DNA from: SAR202 cluster bacterium bin16
Lineage (GTDB): Bacteria; Chloroflexota; Dehalococcoidia; Lucifugimonadales; Australimonadaceae
DNA: 64,000 nucleotides
Direction of reading: 5' to 3'
Assembly: GCA_002238425.1 (NCBI GenBank)
Contig: MPMJ01000010.1
Location: 4,491 to 68,490, forward strand
Each line of letters opens with the position of its first letter. The stretch's first letter is position 1. The translations under genes and the position numbers were made by a program. The notes beneath the pieces are model-generated. The model worked only from the letters and a program-made list of their open reading frames with translations. It had not been told where the DNA came from and did not search any database. This document shows, one piece after another, positions 8,590-18,219 of this stretch.

Positions 8590-9975
8590 ATGGCCGACAA
8601 CGCGTTCCGAAACCTGCCAGCAGTGAGCGACGTGCTCGCGCAGCCTGCCGTCGCGACGTTGCTTGCCGAGGGGTACCGCCAGGACATCATCACTACTTCC
8701 GTGCGTGAGCACATCGCAAAGGCACGCGCCGCCGTGGCGGATGGCACGGCCCCGCCGACCGCAGCAGAGGTAGCGCACGACGTCGCGAAGGCGACCCAGC
8801 AGAGCGAGGCGGACTGGCCCGTGCATGTGCTCAACGCTACGGGCGTCATCCTGCACACGAACCTCGGACGCGCTCCGCTCTCGCAGGAGAGCATCCGTGC
8901 TGCCGCCGCCGCTTCGGAAGGCTACTCGACGCTCGAACTGGACCTGGAGGACGGCAAGCGCGGCAGCAGGTACGAGGCTATCGCGCGTCTATTGCGGCAG
9001 TTGACCGGCGCGGAAGACGCGATAGCCGTCAATAACAACGCAGGAGCGATGCTGCTCGGTCTTGCGGCGGTCGCCGCGGGACGTGAAGTCATCGTCTCGC
9101 GCGGAGAGGCGAGCGAGATAGGTGGCGGCTTCCGGATACCGGACGTGCTCGCCCAGAGCGGCGCGCGGCTGGTGGAAGTGGGGACGGTCAACCGCACCTA
9201 CGCGACAGACTACGAGCGCGCCATCACGGAGCGGACCGCCGCGCTGCTGGTGGTGCACCGCTCCAACTTCCGCGTGACCGGCTTCACGCACGAGCCGTCG
9301 CTGGCAGACGTCGCAGCAGTGGGTGCAGCGCACGGCGTGCCCCTGTTGCACGATCTCGGTTCCGGCGCACTACTGGACACCGCGCAGTTCGGCATCGGGC
9401 ACGAGACGATGCCGCAAGAGAGCCTCGCGGCGGGCGCTGACCTGGTGTTCTTCTCCGGCGACAAGCTGCTCGGCGGGCCGCAGGCGGGGCTTGCAGCCGG
9501 AGGCGCAGACCTCGTGGCAGCGCTGCGCGCGCACCCGCTCGCACGGGCGTTGCGCGCCGACAAGCTGACGCTCGCGGCGCTGCACCGCACGCTGCTCCAC
9601 TATATACGTGGCGACGCGATGCAGCAGATACCGGTCTGGCGCATGATCGCGGCATCGCAGGAAGAGTTGGGCGAGCGAGCGCGGGCAGTAGCGGAGCAGA
9701 TCGGAGAACTGGCGTCGGTCGTGGATGGCTCGTCGAGGCTCGGCGGGGGCAGCCTGCCGACTGACGAACTGCCGTCGCGGCTCGTGAGCGTCGACGCCTC
9801 GCCTGTGGGCGGCCCCGATGAACTCGCGCGGCGGCTCCGGGCCGGGTCGCCCCCTGTGGTTGCACGTATCGAGGACGAGCGGCTGCTGCTCGACCTGCGC
9901 ACCGTACCCCCGGAGCGTGACACGGAACTGGCGAGGGCTGTCTCGATGGCGTTCGCTACAGCCGCAGACGCCTGA
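8590..9975 (+). CDS. selA: L-seryl-tRNA(Sec) selenium transferase
   Basis: 461 aa. The motifs LNATGVILHTNLGRAPL, VNNNAGAMLL, SRGEASEIGGGFRIPDV and FSGDKLLGGPQAG (PLP lysine) align along the whole length with E. coli SelA as I recall it. Confidence 0.95.
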   Translation: MADNAFRNLPAVSDVLAQPAVATLLAEGYRQDIITTSVREHIAKARAAVADGTAPPTAAEVAHDVAKATQQSEADWPVHVLNATGVILHTNLGRAPLSQESIRAAAAASEGYSTLELDLEDGKRGSRYEAIARLLRQLTGAEDAIAVNNNAGAMLLGLAAVAAGREVIVSRGEASEIGGGFRIPDVLAQSGARLVEVGTVNRTYATDYERAITERTAALLVVHRSNFRVTGFTHEPSLADVAAVGAAHGVPLLHDLGSGALLDTAQFGIGHETMPQESLAAGADLVFFSGDKLLGGPQAGLAAGGADLVAALRAHPLARALRADKLTLAALHRTLLHYIRGDAMQQIPVWRMIAASQEELGERARAVAEQIGELASVVDGSSRLGGGSLPTDELPSRLVSVDASPVGGPDELARRLRAGSPPVVARIEDERLLLDLRTVPPERDTELARAVSMAFATAADA

Positions 9976-11230
9976 ACGACGGTGCGACAGCGGTAACGAG
10001 AACGACCAGCACCAATCCCACCGAGCCTCCCAGCAACCAGGCCGTGGACACACCGTAGTCCTCGGCGATTATCCCAGCGATGACGCCTCCGAGCGGCTGC
10101 ATCCCCACGTCCAGCATGTAGATGCCCATCACGCGCCCGCGCATGTAGTCCGGCGTCACGGACTGCAGGATGGTGTTATTGGTGGTCATCACCATGATGA
10201 AGAAGAGCTGCTGCACGACGAGGATGGCCCAGGCATGCCACCAGATATCCACTTGTGAGAGCGCCAACACGGCCAGCGCGGCTCCCGCGACGCCGAAGAG
10301 CGAGAGCCGTCCCTTGTGTTCGACGGTGTGGAACCGCGCGACGAACACCGCCCCAACGAAACCGCCCACGCCCATGCCGACGTACATGAAGCCGAGCAGC
10401 GCGCCTTCCGAGTCGCCCAGGTCCTCGGCGACGAATACGGGCATCTGGGTCTGGATGAACGCCATGAGCGTGAGCGTCGGTATCAGACTGAGGATGATGG
10501 CGTAGCGGGGCACGGGTTCCCGCGCAACGTAAGCCAATCCTTCTCTCAGGTCGGCGAGCGGCGACTGCTGCTTGCGCCCTTCCCGTCCCTCAGCGAACTC
10601 AGCGCGGAACGGGAGAACGAGCAGAACGACCGCGCCGTACATCACCGCCTGCAGGATGAAGTTCACTTCCGAGCCCAGCAGCGCAATCATGCCGCCCGCG
10701 ATGCCGGGCCCGATCATCCGCATGGAGTTGAACGCCATCGAGTTCAGGGCAATGGCGTTCATGAGCCGCTCGCGCGGCACAGAGTTGCCCACGAGCGTCT
10801 GCCGCAGGGGGTTGTTCAGCGCCCAACCGGCGCCAGTGAGGAACGAGAAGGCGTGCAGGTGCCATAGTTCCACGAATCCCAACTGGAGGATGACGGCGAA
10901 TATGACAGCAAGGAGGGCCAGGTAGAACTGGTCCAGCAGGAGGACGACGCGGCGGTCAAACTTGTCAGCGATGACGCCGGCGATGGGCGCCCCAAGCATC
11001 GGAAGAGCGCGCAGGCCGAGGACGATGGATACCTGCACCGGCGACCCGGTCATCTCGTACGCCAGCCAGCCGAGCGTCACCTGCTGTATCCAGGTACCGG
11101 CGCTCATGAAGAGCGTGCCGAACCAGAGGAGCCGGTAGTTGCGGTAGCGGAGCGCGGAGAACGTCCCGCCCCGGACCCTCGCCTGCCTCGGACGTTCGGA
11201 CGGCTCGGTGGATCGATGAGGCGCGTGCAT
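9956..11230 (-). CDS. MFS transporter (MFS_3 / EntS-like)
   Basis: 424 aa with about 12 hydrophobic helices. N-terminal segment is FSALRYRNYRLLWFGTLFMSAGTWIQQVTLGWLAYEMTGSP. Paralog of 57183..58433. Confidence 0.85.
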   Translation of the reverse strand: MHAPHRSTEPSERPRQARVRGGTFSALRYRNYRLLWFGTLFMSAGTWIQQVTLGWLAYEMTGSPVQVSIVLGLRALPMLGAPIAGVIADKFDRRVVLLLDQFYLALLAVIFAVILQLGFVELWHLHAFSFLTGAGWALNNPLRQTLVGNSVPRERLMNAIALNSMAFNSMRMIGPGIAGGMIALLGSEVNFILQAVMYGAVVLLVLPFRAEFAEGREGRKQQSPLADLREGLAYVAREPVPRYAIILSLIPTLTLMAFIQTQMPVFVAEDLGDSEGALLGFMYVGMGVGGFVGAVFVARFHTVEHKGRLSLFGVAGAALAVLALSQVDIWWHAWAILVVQQLFFIMVMTTNNTILQSVTPDYMRGRVMGIYMLDVGMQPLGGVIAGIIAEDYGVSTAWLLGGSVGLVLVVLVTAVAPSFRRLRL

Positions 11231-11359
11231 GGAGTGGCGTCAAGGTTACCAGCCTCTCGCGTACCGCGCGTTCAGCCCAGTGGATAGCCCCGTACAACCG
11301 GAGCCGCTCAATATGGATGAGAGACGCCTGCTCCGATGGAAAGGTAACCTGTCCGGGCG

Positions 11360-12229
11360 ATGGTGTTCCTATGGGTCGGAGTGGGGGTGGTGAGTGTTTC
11401 GCTCGCCTCCATCTTCATCAGGCTGGCAGACGCGCCCCCGCTCACGGTGGCGGCGTACCGCATGTGCATCGCCACCGTCATCGTCGGCGTAACTGCCGCC
11501 ATTGCAGGGAGGAAGGACTTCGCCGCCGTACGCCGCTCCGACCTTCCGCTCCTCGCGGGGTCCGGGTTCTTCCTCGCGGCGCACTTCGCGCTGTGGATAA
11601 CGTCCCTCTCGCACACGTCGGTGGCGAGTTCGGTGCTGCTCGTCACGACGACGCCCGTATTCGTGGCGATCGGGGCGCACTTCGCCTCGCCGGACAAGGT
11701 GGGGCGGCTCACGGCGCTTGCCGTGGCGGTGAGCATAGCGGGAGGCTTCATCATCGCGGCCGGGGACTGGGCGGAAGGCGAGCGGCACCTGCTGGGCGAC
11801 GCACTCGCGCTCGGGGGAGCGGTGGCAGTCGCGGGCTACCTGCTGGTGGGACGCCGCGTGCGCAGACGCATCCCCACCCTGCCCTACATCACGATCGTGT
11901 ACGCCGTCACAGCGGTCGTGCTGCTGGCGGCGGCGGTGGGAAGCGGGGCGCCGATGTTCGGCCTTCCGGCGGAGTCGTACTTCTGGATGGCGATGGCGGC
12001 GCTGCTCCCGCAGGCGGTGGGGCACTCGCTGCTGAACTGGGCGCTGGGCTACATGCCCGCGGTGAACGTGACGCTCGCGGTACGCGCCGAGCCGGTGCTT
12101 GCGACGCTGATGGCGATCCCGGTGCTGGGCGAGATACCGCCGTGGACGGTGCTGCCCGGCGGAGCTCTGCTGCTGCTGGGCGTCTACATCGCGGTCCGGA
12201 GCGGAGAGACGCGGCGGGCCAACGTATAA
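11360..12229 (+). CDS. EamA/DMT family transporter
   Basis: 289 aa, about 10 TM helices and a two-fold internal repeat typical of EamA domains. Confidence 0.8.
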   Translation: MVFLWVGVGVVSVSLASIFIRLADAPPLTVAAYRMCIATVIVGVTAAIAGRKDFAAVRRSDLPLLAGSGFFLAAHFALWITSLSHTSVASSVLLVTTTPVFVAIGAHFASPDKVGRLTALAVAVSIAGGFIIAAGDWAEGERHLLGDALALGGAVAVAGYLLVGRRVRRRIPTLPYITIVYAVTAVVLLAAAVGSGAPMFGLPAESYFWMAMAALLPQAVGHSLLNWALGYMPAVNVTLAVRAEPVLATLMAIPVLGEIPPWTVLPGGALLLLGVYIAVRSGETRRANV

Positions 12230-12230
12230 T
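12225..12230 (+). promoter_or_regulatory. perfect -10 TATAAT, 9 nt before the recN ATG
   Basis: The TATAAT overlaps the stop codon of the EamA gene. The recN ATG is at 12240 and has no SD. Confidence 0.35.
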
Positions 12231-12239
12231 CGGCGGGCG

Positions 12240-13955
12240 ATGCTGGCAGAACTCACCGTCCGCAATCTTGCCGTCATAGAGGAGACGCGCCTCGTGTTCG
12301 GGCCGGGGTTGAACGTCATCACCGGCGAGACGGGAGCGGGCAAGTCGCTGCTGGTGGACGCGCTCGCGTTCGTGCTTGGCGGCACGGCGGACCGGGGGGT
12401 GATGCGGCGCGGTGCAGACTCCATGAGTGTCGAGACGGTCTTTGCGTTAGATGAGCCACGCACACGGGAAGCGCTCGCTGAATTTGGAGTGGAGGTGGAC
12501 GACGAGGATGGGGTCGCCGTCCTGTACCGCGAGGTGCACCAGGAAGGGCGCACGGTCTCCCGTCTGAACGGTCGCGCCGTGCCGGTGAGCACGCTGCGTG
12601 CGGTCGGCGGGGCGCTGGTGGACATCCACGGGCAGGGTTCGCACCTCTCGCTGCTCGATCCGCGCTTCCAGATGCGGGTGCTGGACGATTTCGGCGGTCT
12701 CGGCGAGCACCGCGACAGCGTCGAATGCGCAGTTGCAGAGGTGCGCCGCGTGCAGGGCGAACTCGGCGAATCGGAAGCGGCGATACGAGAGGCGGAGCAG
12801 CGGCGCGATCTGCTGGCATTCCAGGTGGACGAGATCGAGGCTGCCGCTCCGGTGGACGGGGAGGAGGAGGCGCTGCTGCGCGAGCGCAACGTGCTGGAGC
12901 ATGCCGAGAGCGTGCGCGACGCCTGCGTTGCCGCGTACGAGGCGCTGAGCGAGGGCGACCGCAACGCGGCAGACCTCGCGGCGGAGGCGCTGGACCACCT
13001 GCGGCGCGCTCCGGGCGCCGCTGACGCGCTGGGCGCGCAGATCGAGGCGCTCGAGTCCGCGCTCGTGCAGCTTGGCGACACGGCACGGGAGGTACGACGC
13101 CTCGCGGAGAGCGTCGAGTCGGACCCGGCGCGGCTGGCCGAGATAGAGGAGCGCGTCGAGCTGCTGCGGCGCCTCAAGCGCAAGTACGGAGGCTCCGAAT
13201 CAGCGGTGCTCGCGTTCGGGGAGGATGCCCGTACGCAGCTGGAGCGCATCGAGACGGCTGACGTACGCCGGGGAGAATTGGAGCGCGCGCTGGATGAAGC
13301 GTCTCGGAGCGCGGGAGCGCTTGCGTGGGGGTTGTCCGAAGCGCGGAGGAGTGCGGCGGCTGCGTTGGGCAAGGCGGTCGCGGAGGAACTGCGGGAGGTG
13401 GGGCTGGAGCGTGCGTCGTTCGACATCGCGGTCGAGCAGAACGAGGCGGGCGACGGCCTGCCCGCTCCGGACGGGCGGCGCTACGCCCTCGCCGGGAGCG
13501 GGATAGACAGGGTCACGTTCTCGGCGCGGACGAACCCGGGAGAGGAGTCGCGCCCGCTGGCGAAGGTAGCGTCGGGCGGAGAGACGTCGCGGATGATGCT
13601 GGCCCTCAACAGCGCGCTGCAAACAGTGTCCGGCGCGCCGTCGCTGGTGTTCGACGAGATAGACGCGGGCATCGGAAGCCGCGCCGGGGAGGTGGTGGGG
13701 AGGAAGCTGTGGACGGTCGGCAGGCGGGCGCAGGTGCTGTGCGTGACGCATCTGCCGCAGATAGCCGCGTGGGCGGACACGCACTTCCGGGTGGGGAAGG
13801 CGGTGGAGGACGGGCGGACGTACTCGGGGGCGGAGTCGCTGAGCGAGGAGGAGCGCGTCGGGGAGGTCGCGGGGATGCTGGGGAGCGGGGCGGCGGTGGG
13901 GCAGGTCGCGCGGGAGATGTTGGAGCGCGCGGCGCAGGGGAAGGCGCTCGGGTAG
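12240..13955 (+). CDS. recN: DNA repair protein RecN
   Basis: 571 aa. It starts MLAELTVRNLAVIEETRLVFGPGLNVITGETGAGKSLLVDAL (Walker A), has a long coiled-coil middle and a C-terminal SGGE signature. Confidence 0.95.
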   Translation: MLAELTVRNLAVIEETRLVFGPGLNVITGETGAGKSLLVDALAFVLGGTADRGVMRRGADSMSVETVFALDEPRTREALAEFGVEVDDEDGVAVLYREVHQEGRTVSRLNGRAVPVSTLRAVGGALVDIHGQGSHLSLLDPRFQMRVLDDFGGLGEHRDSVECAVAEVRRVQGELGESEAAIREAEQRRDLLAFQVDEIEAAAPVDGEEEALLRERNVLEHAESVRDACVAAYEALSEGDRNAADLAAEALDHLRRAPGAADALGAQIEALESALVQLGDTAREVRRLAESVESDPARLAEIEERVELLRRLKRKYGGSESAVLAFGEDARTQLERIETADVRRGELERALDEASRSAGALAWGLSEARRSAAAALGKAVAEELREVGLERASFDIAVEQNEAGDGLPAPDGRRYALAGSGIDRVTFSARTNPGEESRPLAKVASGGETSRMMLALNSALQTVSGAPSLVFDEIDAGIGSRAGEVVGRKLWTVGRRAQVLCVTHLPQIAAWADTHFRVGKAVEDGRTYSGAESLSEEERVGEVAGMLGSGAAVGQVAREMLERAAQGKALG

Positions 13956-13959
13956 GAGG

Positions 13960-14874
13960 CTACGCGTTCGCGGCTGCGGTCTCGGCCTGCGCGTCGCCCT
14001 CGACGGCGGCGTTCATGGCGGCGATAGCGACCTCGATCTGGCCGTCGTCAGGGGGGCGGGTGGTCATCGACTGGAGGGCGAGGCTGGGGAGGGTGCCGGC
14101 GCGCACGAGGGCGTTGCCGGCGTGCGCGGCGTTCATGCGTATCACCTCGTAGGAGACGCCCGCTATGACGGGGATGAGGATGATGCGGGAGGCGATGCGG
14201 ATGGGCAGGTCCGGCGTGCCGAGAAACGCGAACACGATGATGGAGACGATCATGACGGTGAGCAGGAACGCGGTCCCGCAGCGCGGGTGCGCGGCGGGGA
14301 AGAGCCGCACGTTCTCGCTCTCCAGCGGGAGTTTGGCCTCCTGGGCGTGGACGGTCATGTGCTCGGCCGCGTGGTAGCCGAAGACGCGCTTGATGCTCGG
14401 CATGAGGCCGATGACCGTCAGGTAGGCGAAGAATACGGCGAGGCGCAGGACGCCCTCCGCCGTGTTGCTGATGATGGAGTTGTCGGTGAAGCGGTCGACG
14501 TAGCCGTGGGTGATGAGCAGCGGGAGGATGAAGAAGAGGCCGATGCCGAGAACGAGGGAGGTCGCGAGCGTGAGGGCCATCGCCAGGGGCGGGATGGGCT
14601 GCTCGTCTTCCTCGGTCTCCCCTGAGGAGACCTGGGCAGACCAGGTGAGCGCTCGCATGCCGACGATAAGCGATTCAGAGAGGACGAGCGTACCGCGGAC
14701 GAAGGGGATGCGGCGGAAGCGGTTGACGCTCCAGGTGGGGACGGGGCGGGTGATGGTCTTGATGATGCCGGTGGGGTGCCGCGCGGCCACGGAGTAGACG
14801 TGCCGCCCGCGGATCATCACGCCCTCGATGACCGCCTGGCCTCCGTAGACCGAATGCTGCTGCGCCTGAGCCAT
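13960..14874 (-). CDS. DUF1385 domain-containing membrane protein
   Basis: 304 aa. The motif YGGQAVIEGVMIRG and the position downstream of rpmE match the usual synteny of this family. Confidence 0.85.
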   Translation of the reverse strand: MAQAQQHSVYGGQAVIEGVMIRGRHVYSVAARHPTGIIKTITRPVPTWSVNRFRRIPFVRGTLVLSESLIVGMRALTWSAQVSSGETEEDEQPIPPLAMALTLATSLVLGIGLFFILPLLITHGYVDRFTDNSIISNTAEGVLRLAVFFAYLTVIGLMPSIKRVFGYHAAEHMTVHAQEAKLPLESENVRLFPAAHPRCGTAFLLTVMIVSIIVFAFLGTPDLPIRIASRIILIPVIAGVSYEVIRMNAAHAGNALVRAGTLPSLALQSMTTRPPDDGQIEVAIAAMNAAVEGDAQAETAAANA

Positions 14875-14911
14875 TACCCGGCCTTCACTCTCATTCTCAC
14901 CCTCGCCCTAG

Positions 14912-14934
14912 CCCTCCCCCATCAAGGGAGAGGG
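14912..14934. repeat. REP-like hairpin (CCCTCCCCC-atcaa-GGGAGAGGG)
   Basis: Imperfect 9-bp inverted repeat between rpmE and the DUF1385 gene. It belongs to the GGGAGAGGG hairpin family seen elsewhere in the window. Confidence 0.5.
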
Positions 14935-14968
14935 AATAGTACTGAGGAGAGATGAACACGGTGGGGTC

Positions 14969-15172
14969 CTACTGGAGGTTGAAGCGCCTCTTCAGGCGCT
15001 CCACGCGGCCTTCCGTGTCGACGATACGCTGCTCACCGGTGAAGAAGGGGTGGCAGGAGCTGCATATCTCGACCTTGATCTGCGGCTTCGTGGCGCCGAT
15101 GGTGAAGGTGTTCCCGCAGGAGCAGTTCACCACGGCGTCGGGGTAGTAGTCGGGGTGTATCTCTGTCTTCAT
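14969..15172 (-). CDS. rpmE: 50S ribosomal protein L31
   Basis: [10 protein letters not shown]...CSCGNTF...[10 protein letters not shown], a Zn-binding-type L31. Confidence 0.95.
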   Translation of the reverse strand: MKTEIHPDYYPDAVVNCSCGNTFTIGATKPQIKVEICSSCHPFFTGEQRIVDTEGRVERLKRRFNLQ

Positions 15173-15188
15173 CGCTCGCGTGCTCCTG

Positions 15189-15443
15189 CTATGCCGGCGA
15201 CACGTTGGCGCGCTTGCGCAGCTTGTTGGCGTGGTCGAACATCACCTGGCCGTCCACGAGGGCGTAGAGGGTGAAGTCCCGGCCCATGCCGACGTTGACG
15301 CCGGGGTGGATCTTCGTGCCGCGCTGGCGCGCGATGATGGTCCCGGCGCGGACGCTCTCGCCCGCGAACCGCTTGACGCCGAGCCGCTGGCCGTGGCTGT
15401 CCCGCCCGTTCCGGCTGCTTCCGCCCGCTTTCTTGTGCGCCAC
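15189..15443 (-). CDS. rpmA: 50S ribosomal protein L27
   Basis: [29 protein letters not shown]... Confidence 0.95.
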   Translation of the reverse strand: MAHKKAGGSSRNGRDSHGQRLGVKRFAGESVRAGTIIARQRGTKIHPGVNVGMGRDFTLYALVDGQVMFDHANKLRKRANVSPA

Positions 15444-15454
15444 GAGTGAGCCTC

Positions 15455-15772
15455 CTATCCGGCGACGATCTGCTTGATGGAGAGTTTGGTAACCGGCTGG
15501 CGATGTCCGCTCTTGACGTGGTAGCGGGTCTTGGGCTTGTACTTGAGGATGACGAGCTTGTCCGCCTTGCCCTGGCGCGCTACCTCCGCGACGACCTTCG
15601 CGCCGTCCACGCGGGGTTGGCCGACGGTTACCTTCGCGTCCTTCGAGACGAGCAGTACGTTGTCGAGTTCGACGGTGCCGCCCTCTTCGCCGGGGAGTTT
15701 CTCCACGGTGATGGAGTCGCCCTCCTGGACACGGTACTGCTTCCCACCTGTTTCTATGATTGCGTAGTTCAT
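15455..15772 (-). CDS. rplU: 50S ribosomal protein L21
   Basis: [19 protein letters not shown]... I trimmed the track ORF from the TTG at 15781 to the ATG at 15770-15772. Confidence 0.95.
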   Translation of the reverse strand: MNYAIIETGGKQYRVQEGDSITVEKLPGEEGGTVELDNVLLVSKDAKVTVGQPRVDGAKVVAEVARQGKADKLVILKYKPKTRYHVKSGHRQPVTKLSIKQIVAG

Positions 15773-15933
15773 GGCAACCAAGAGATTCTAAGCGATAGGA
15801 GTGCCGGAGGGCAAGGGGACGCGTGGCGCCCCCTGCCCTCTCCCGCCCAGCGGGTGAGGGGGGCAGGTCGGATACGGAGCGCTACATCCGTCACTCCCGC
15901 ACCCCTACCCGCCATCCCCACCCCCTTCCGTCG

Positions 15934-16000
15934 TTCCTGCCTTCGCAGGAACCTCGCCCCCTACCTCTCCCTCGGGGAGAGGTAGACGCGCCTGCGCGTC
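15934..16000. repeat. cluster of three consecutive perfect hairpins (REP/BIME-like)
   Basis: The three hairpins are TTCCTGC-cttc-GCAGGAA (15934-15951), CTACCTCTCCC-tcg-GGGAGAGGTAG (15961-15985) and GACGCG-cctg-CGCGTC (15985-16000). Confidence 0.55.
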
Positions 16001-16388
16001 GGGTGAGGGCCCCTGCAGGTCCGACGTCCCGGCGATCAACCGGTCGTTTCAATTGTCGACACTCAGGAGTGCATGCAGGGCGAATTCTCCTCATTGAACA
16101 GTTGAACGACAAGGCCGTGGCCTGCTTCCGCGTTCTTCTGGTCAATGAGCGCATGAGAAAGGGGTGTGCACACTGCAGCCCATTGAACGCACCTGTGGCT
16201 GGGCCGTGAGCCATACCGGGGTCTATTGGGCGCTGCCGGAATGACGGTCATGCGAACAGCGTACGCGGGTGGGGGGTGGCGGCGGAAGGGGCGGGTGTCA
16301 CTCATCCGGTCCACACATCGCTCGCAGTCGAGTTGCCCTCCTCTCCTGCTGAGCGGGAGAGGGAACGCCCTTCGGCGCACAGTGAGGG

Positions 16389-16416
16389 TTGGCCGGGAGC
16401 AGGGCGCTGGTATACT
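16389..16416 (+). promoter_or_regulatory. sigma70-like promoter TTGGCC-16-TATACT
   Basis: The -10 box is preceded by TG and lies 35 nt upstream of the ATG at 16451. Confidence 0.35.
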
Positions 16417-16450
16417 CGCCGGGATCCGTGAGAGAGGGGCTGGAACTAGG

Positions 16451-17526
16451 ATGAGCGTGGTGCAGATTGCAGGGGCGCGGCCGGGAGCGGGCGCGACGAC
16501 GGTCGCTTGCGGGCTGGCGTCGGTGCTGCGGTCGGAGGGGAAGCGGGTGACACTCGTGAAGCCGCTGTCGGCTGTTGGCGGCGCTGACCCGGCGTTCCTG
16601 GCGGCGGTGGGGGGGTGGCGTCGGTGCTGCGGTGGGAGGGGAAGCGGGTGACACTCGTGAAGCCGCTGTCGGCTGTTGGCGACGCTGACCCGGCGTTCCT
16701 GGCGTCGTTGGGGGGATCGGCAGAGACGGTGGCGGTCGAGGGGGCGGCGTCGGCGGAGCAGATGGCGGAGGCGGCGAAGATCGTGCAGGGCGCGGCGGCG
16801 GGCGTGGACGTGGTCGTGGTGGAGGGGCCGCCGCTTGCTGACGGGGCAGCGGAGCTGGCGCGGAGCACGGGCGCGGCGGTGGTGGGGGTGCTGGAGTACG
16901 AGCGGACGCTGGGGGCCGGAGCATCCGGGGCGTGGCGCGAAGCGTTCGGCGACGCGCTCGCGGGGTGCGTCGTGAACAAGCGCACGCGGTATGCCGAGCA
17001 CGACGCCTCGGCACGGCTGGCGGTCGAGCTGGAGGACGCGGGGATGCCGGTGCTCGGGGTGCTGCCGGAGGAGCGGCTGCTGCTCGCGCCGACGGTGCAG
17101 CAGGCGGCGGAGCACCTGGGCGGCACGTACTTCACGGGCGAGGAAGGCGGCAGCGAACTGATCGAGCACTTCCTCATCGGCGGGCTCATCACCGAGTGGG
17201 GCGGCAACTACTTCGGGCGTCTACCGAACCAGGCGGTCGTCGTGCGCGGCGGGCGGATCGACATCCAGATGAGCGCACTGAACTTCCCGCTGAACGCACT
17301 GTTCCTGACGGGGTGCGAGACGCCGTCGCAGTACGTGTACCAGCGCGCGGACGACCTGGACGTGCCGCTCATCGCGGTGGGGTCGAACACGCACGACACC
17401 GCAGCGGCGCTGGAGTCGCTGAGCGGCGCGGTGAGCGTGCACCACGCGGCGAAGGCGGAGCGCGCGGGCGCGATGGCGCGGGAGTGCGTCGACGCTTCGG
17501 CGCTGAGCGCGGCACTCGGGGGCTGA
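16451..17526 (+). pseudogene. Pta N-terminal-like protein (degenerate P-loop DTBS-like domain + DRTGG domain), frame broken by a 101-bp tandem duplication
   Basis: ATG 16451 gives MSVVQIAGARPGAGATTVACGLASVLRSEGKRVTLVKPL..., which shifts frame and stops at 16651. ORF 16615..17526 restarts at MASVLRWEGKRVTLVKPL... and carries the DRTGG-type C-terminus. Removing one repeat copy restores a single frame. Confidence 0.7.
16511..16712. repeat. tandem direct duplication, 2 x 101 bp, 96/101 identical
   Basis: I aligned copy 1 (16511-16611) against copy 2 (16612-16712) by hand and found 5 mismatches. The period is not a multiple of 3. Confidence 0.9.
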
Positions 17527-17529
17527 CGC

Positions 17530-18219
17530 GTGGCGCTCATCGGGGTAACGACGTCCAACGGGAGCAGCGCGGGCAGGTACGTCGCGTCGCTGGAGTCGCG
17601 CGGGGCGCAGGCCCGGGTGCTGACTCCCGAGCACTTCACCTCGATCGAGGAGGCGATGGACGGCGTGTCCGGTCTGCTGCTGACCGGCGGCGGAGACGTC
17701 GACCCTGCGCTGTACGGCGAAGCGCTCGACGGGTCGATGGGCATCGAGCCGGAGCGCGACGAGATGGAGATGGCGCTGTTCCGCTACGCGATAGAGGAGA
17801 ACATGCCCACACTGGGAATATGCCGGGGCATGCAGCTCATCAATGTGGCGATGGGCGGCAGGCTCATCCAGGACCTGCCGGGGCACACGCTGCCGGAATT
17901 CCAGTCGGCGGTGCACCAGGTGTATGTGTCGCCGGGGAGCCGGTTCGGGGCCATCATCGGCGCGGGAGCGATCTACCGCACGAACAGCCGTCATCACCAG
18001 GGGCTGAAGGAAGCGCAGCGCGCGCCGTCGCTGATGGCGTCGGCGTACCACCCGGAGGACGGCATCGTGGAGGCGCTGGAGAGTCCGGAGCATCCGTGGC
18101 TCGTGGGGGTGCAGTGCCATCCCGAGCGCGAGGACGAGGTGCCGAAGAGTTTCGCCAGGCTGTTCGAGTGGCTCGCGGGGTGGGCGGAGCGATACGAAGC
18201 AGGAGACATGCCGAGATGA
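17530..18219 (+). CDS. class I glutamine amidotransferase, peptidase C26 / PuuD-like
   Basis: 229 aa with a GTG start 3 nt after the upstream stop. It has GICRGMQLINVAMGG (nucleophile Cys) and VQCHPE (His/Glu). Confidence 0.85.
   Translation: MALIGVTTSNGSSAGRYVASLESRGAQARVLTPEHFTSIEEAMDGVSGLLLTGGGDVDPALYGEALDGSMGIEPERDEMEMALFRYAIEENMPTLGICRGMQLINVAMGGRLIQDLPGHTLPEFQSAVHQVYVSPGSRFGAIIGAGAIYRTNSRHHQGLKEAQRAPSLMASAYHPEDGIVEALESPEHPWLVGVQCHPEREDEVPKSFARLFEWLAGWAERYEAGDMPR

Noticed and set aside
15782-16450. The 670-bp non-coding gap, examined for structured RNA genes (RNase P, SRP RNA, tmRNA, 6S, L21 leader).
   Set aside because: I found none of the hallmark conserved strings I know, such as GAGGAAAGTCC for RNase P or the SRP GGAA tetraloop helix context. 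The region is explained by REP-like hairpins plus a promoter. An sRNA cannot be excluded without a covariance-model search.
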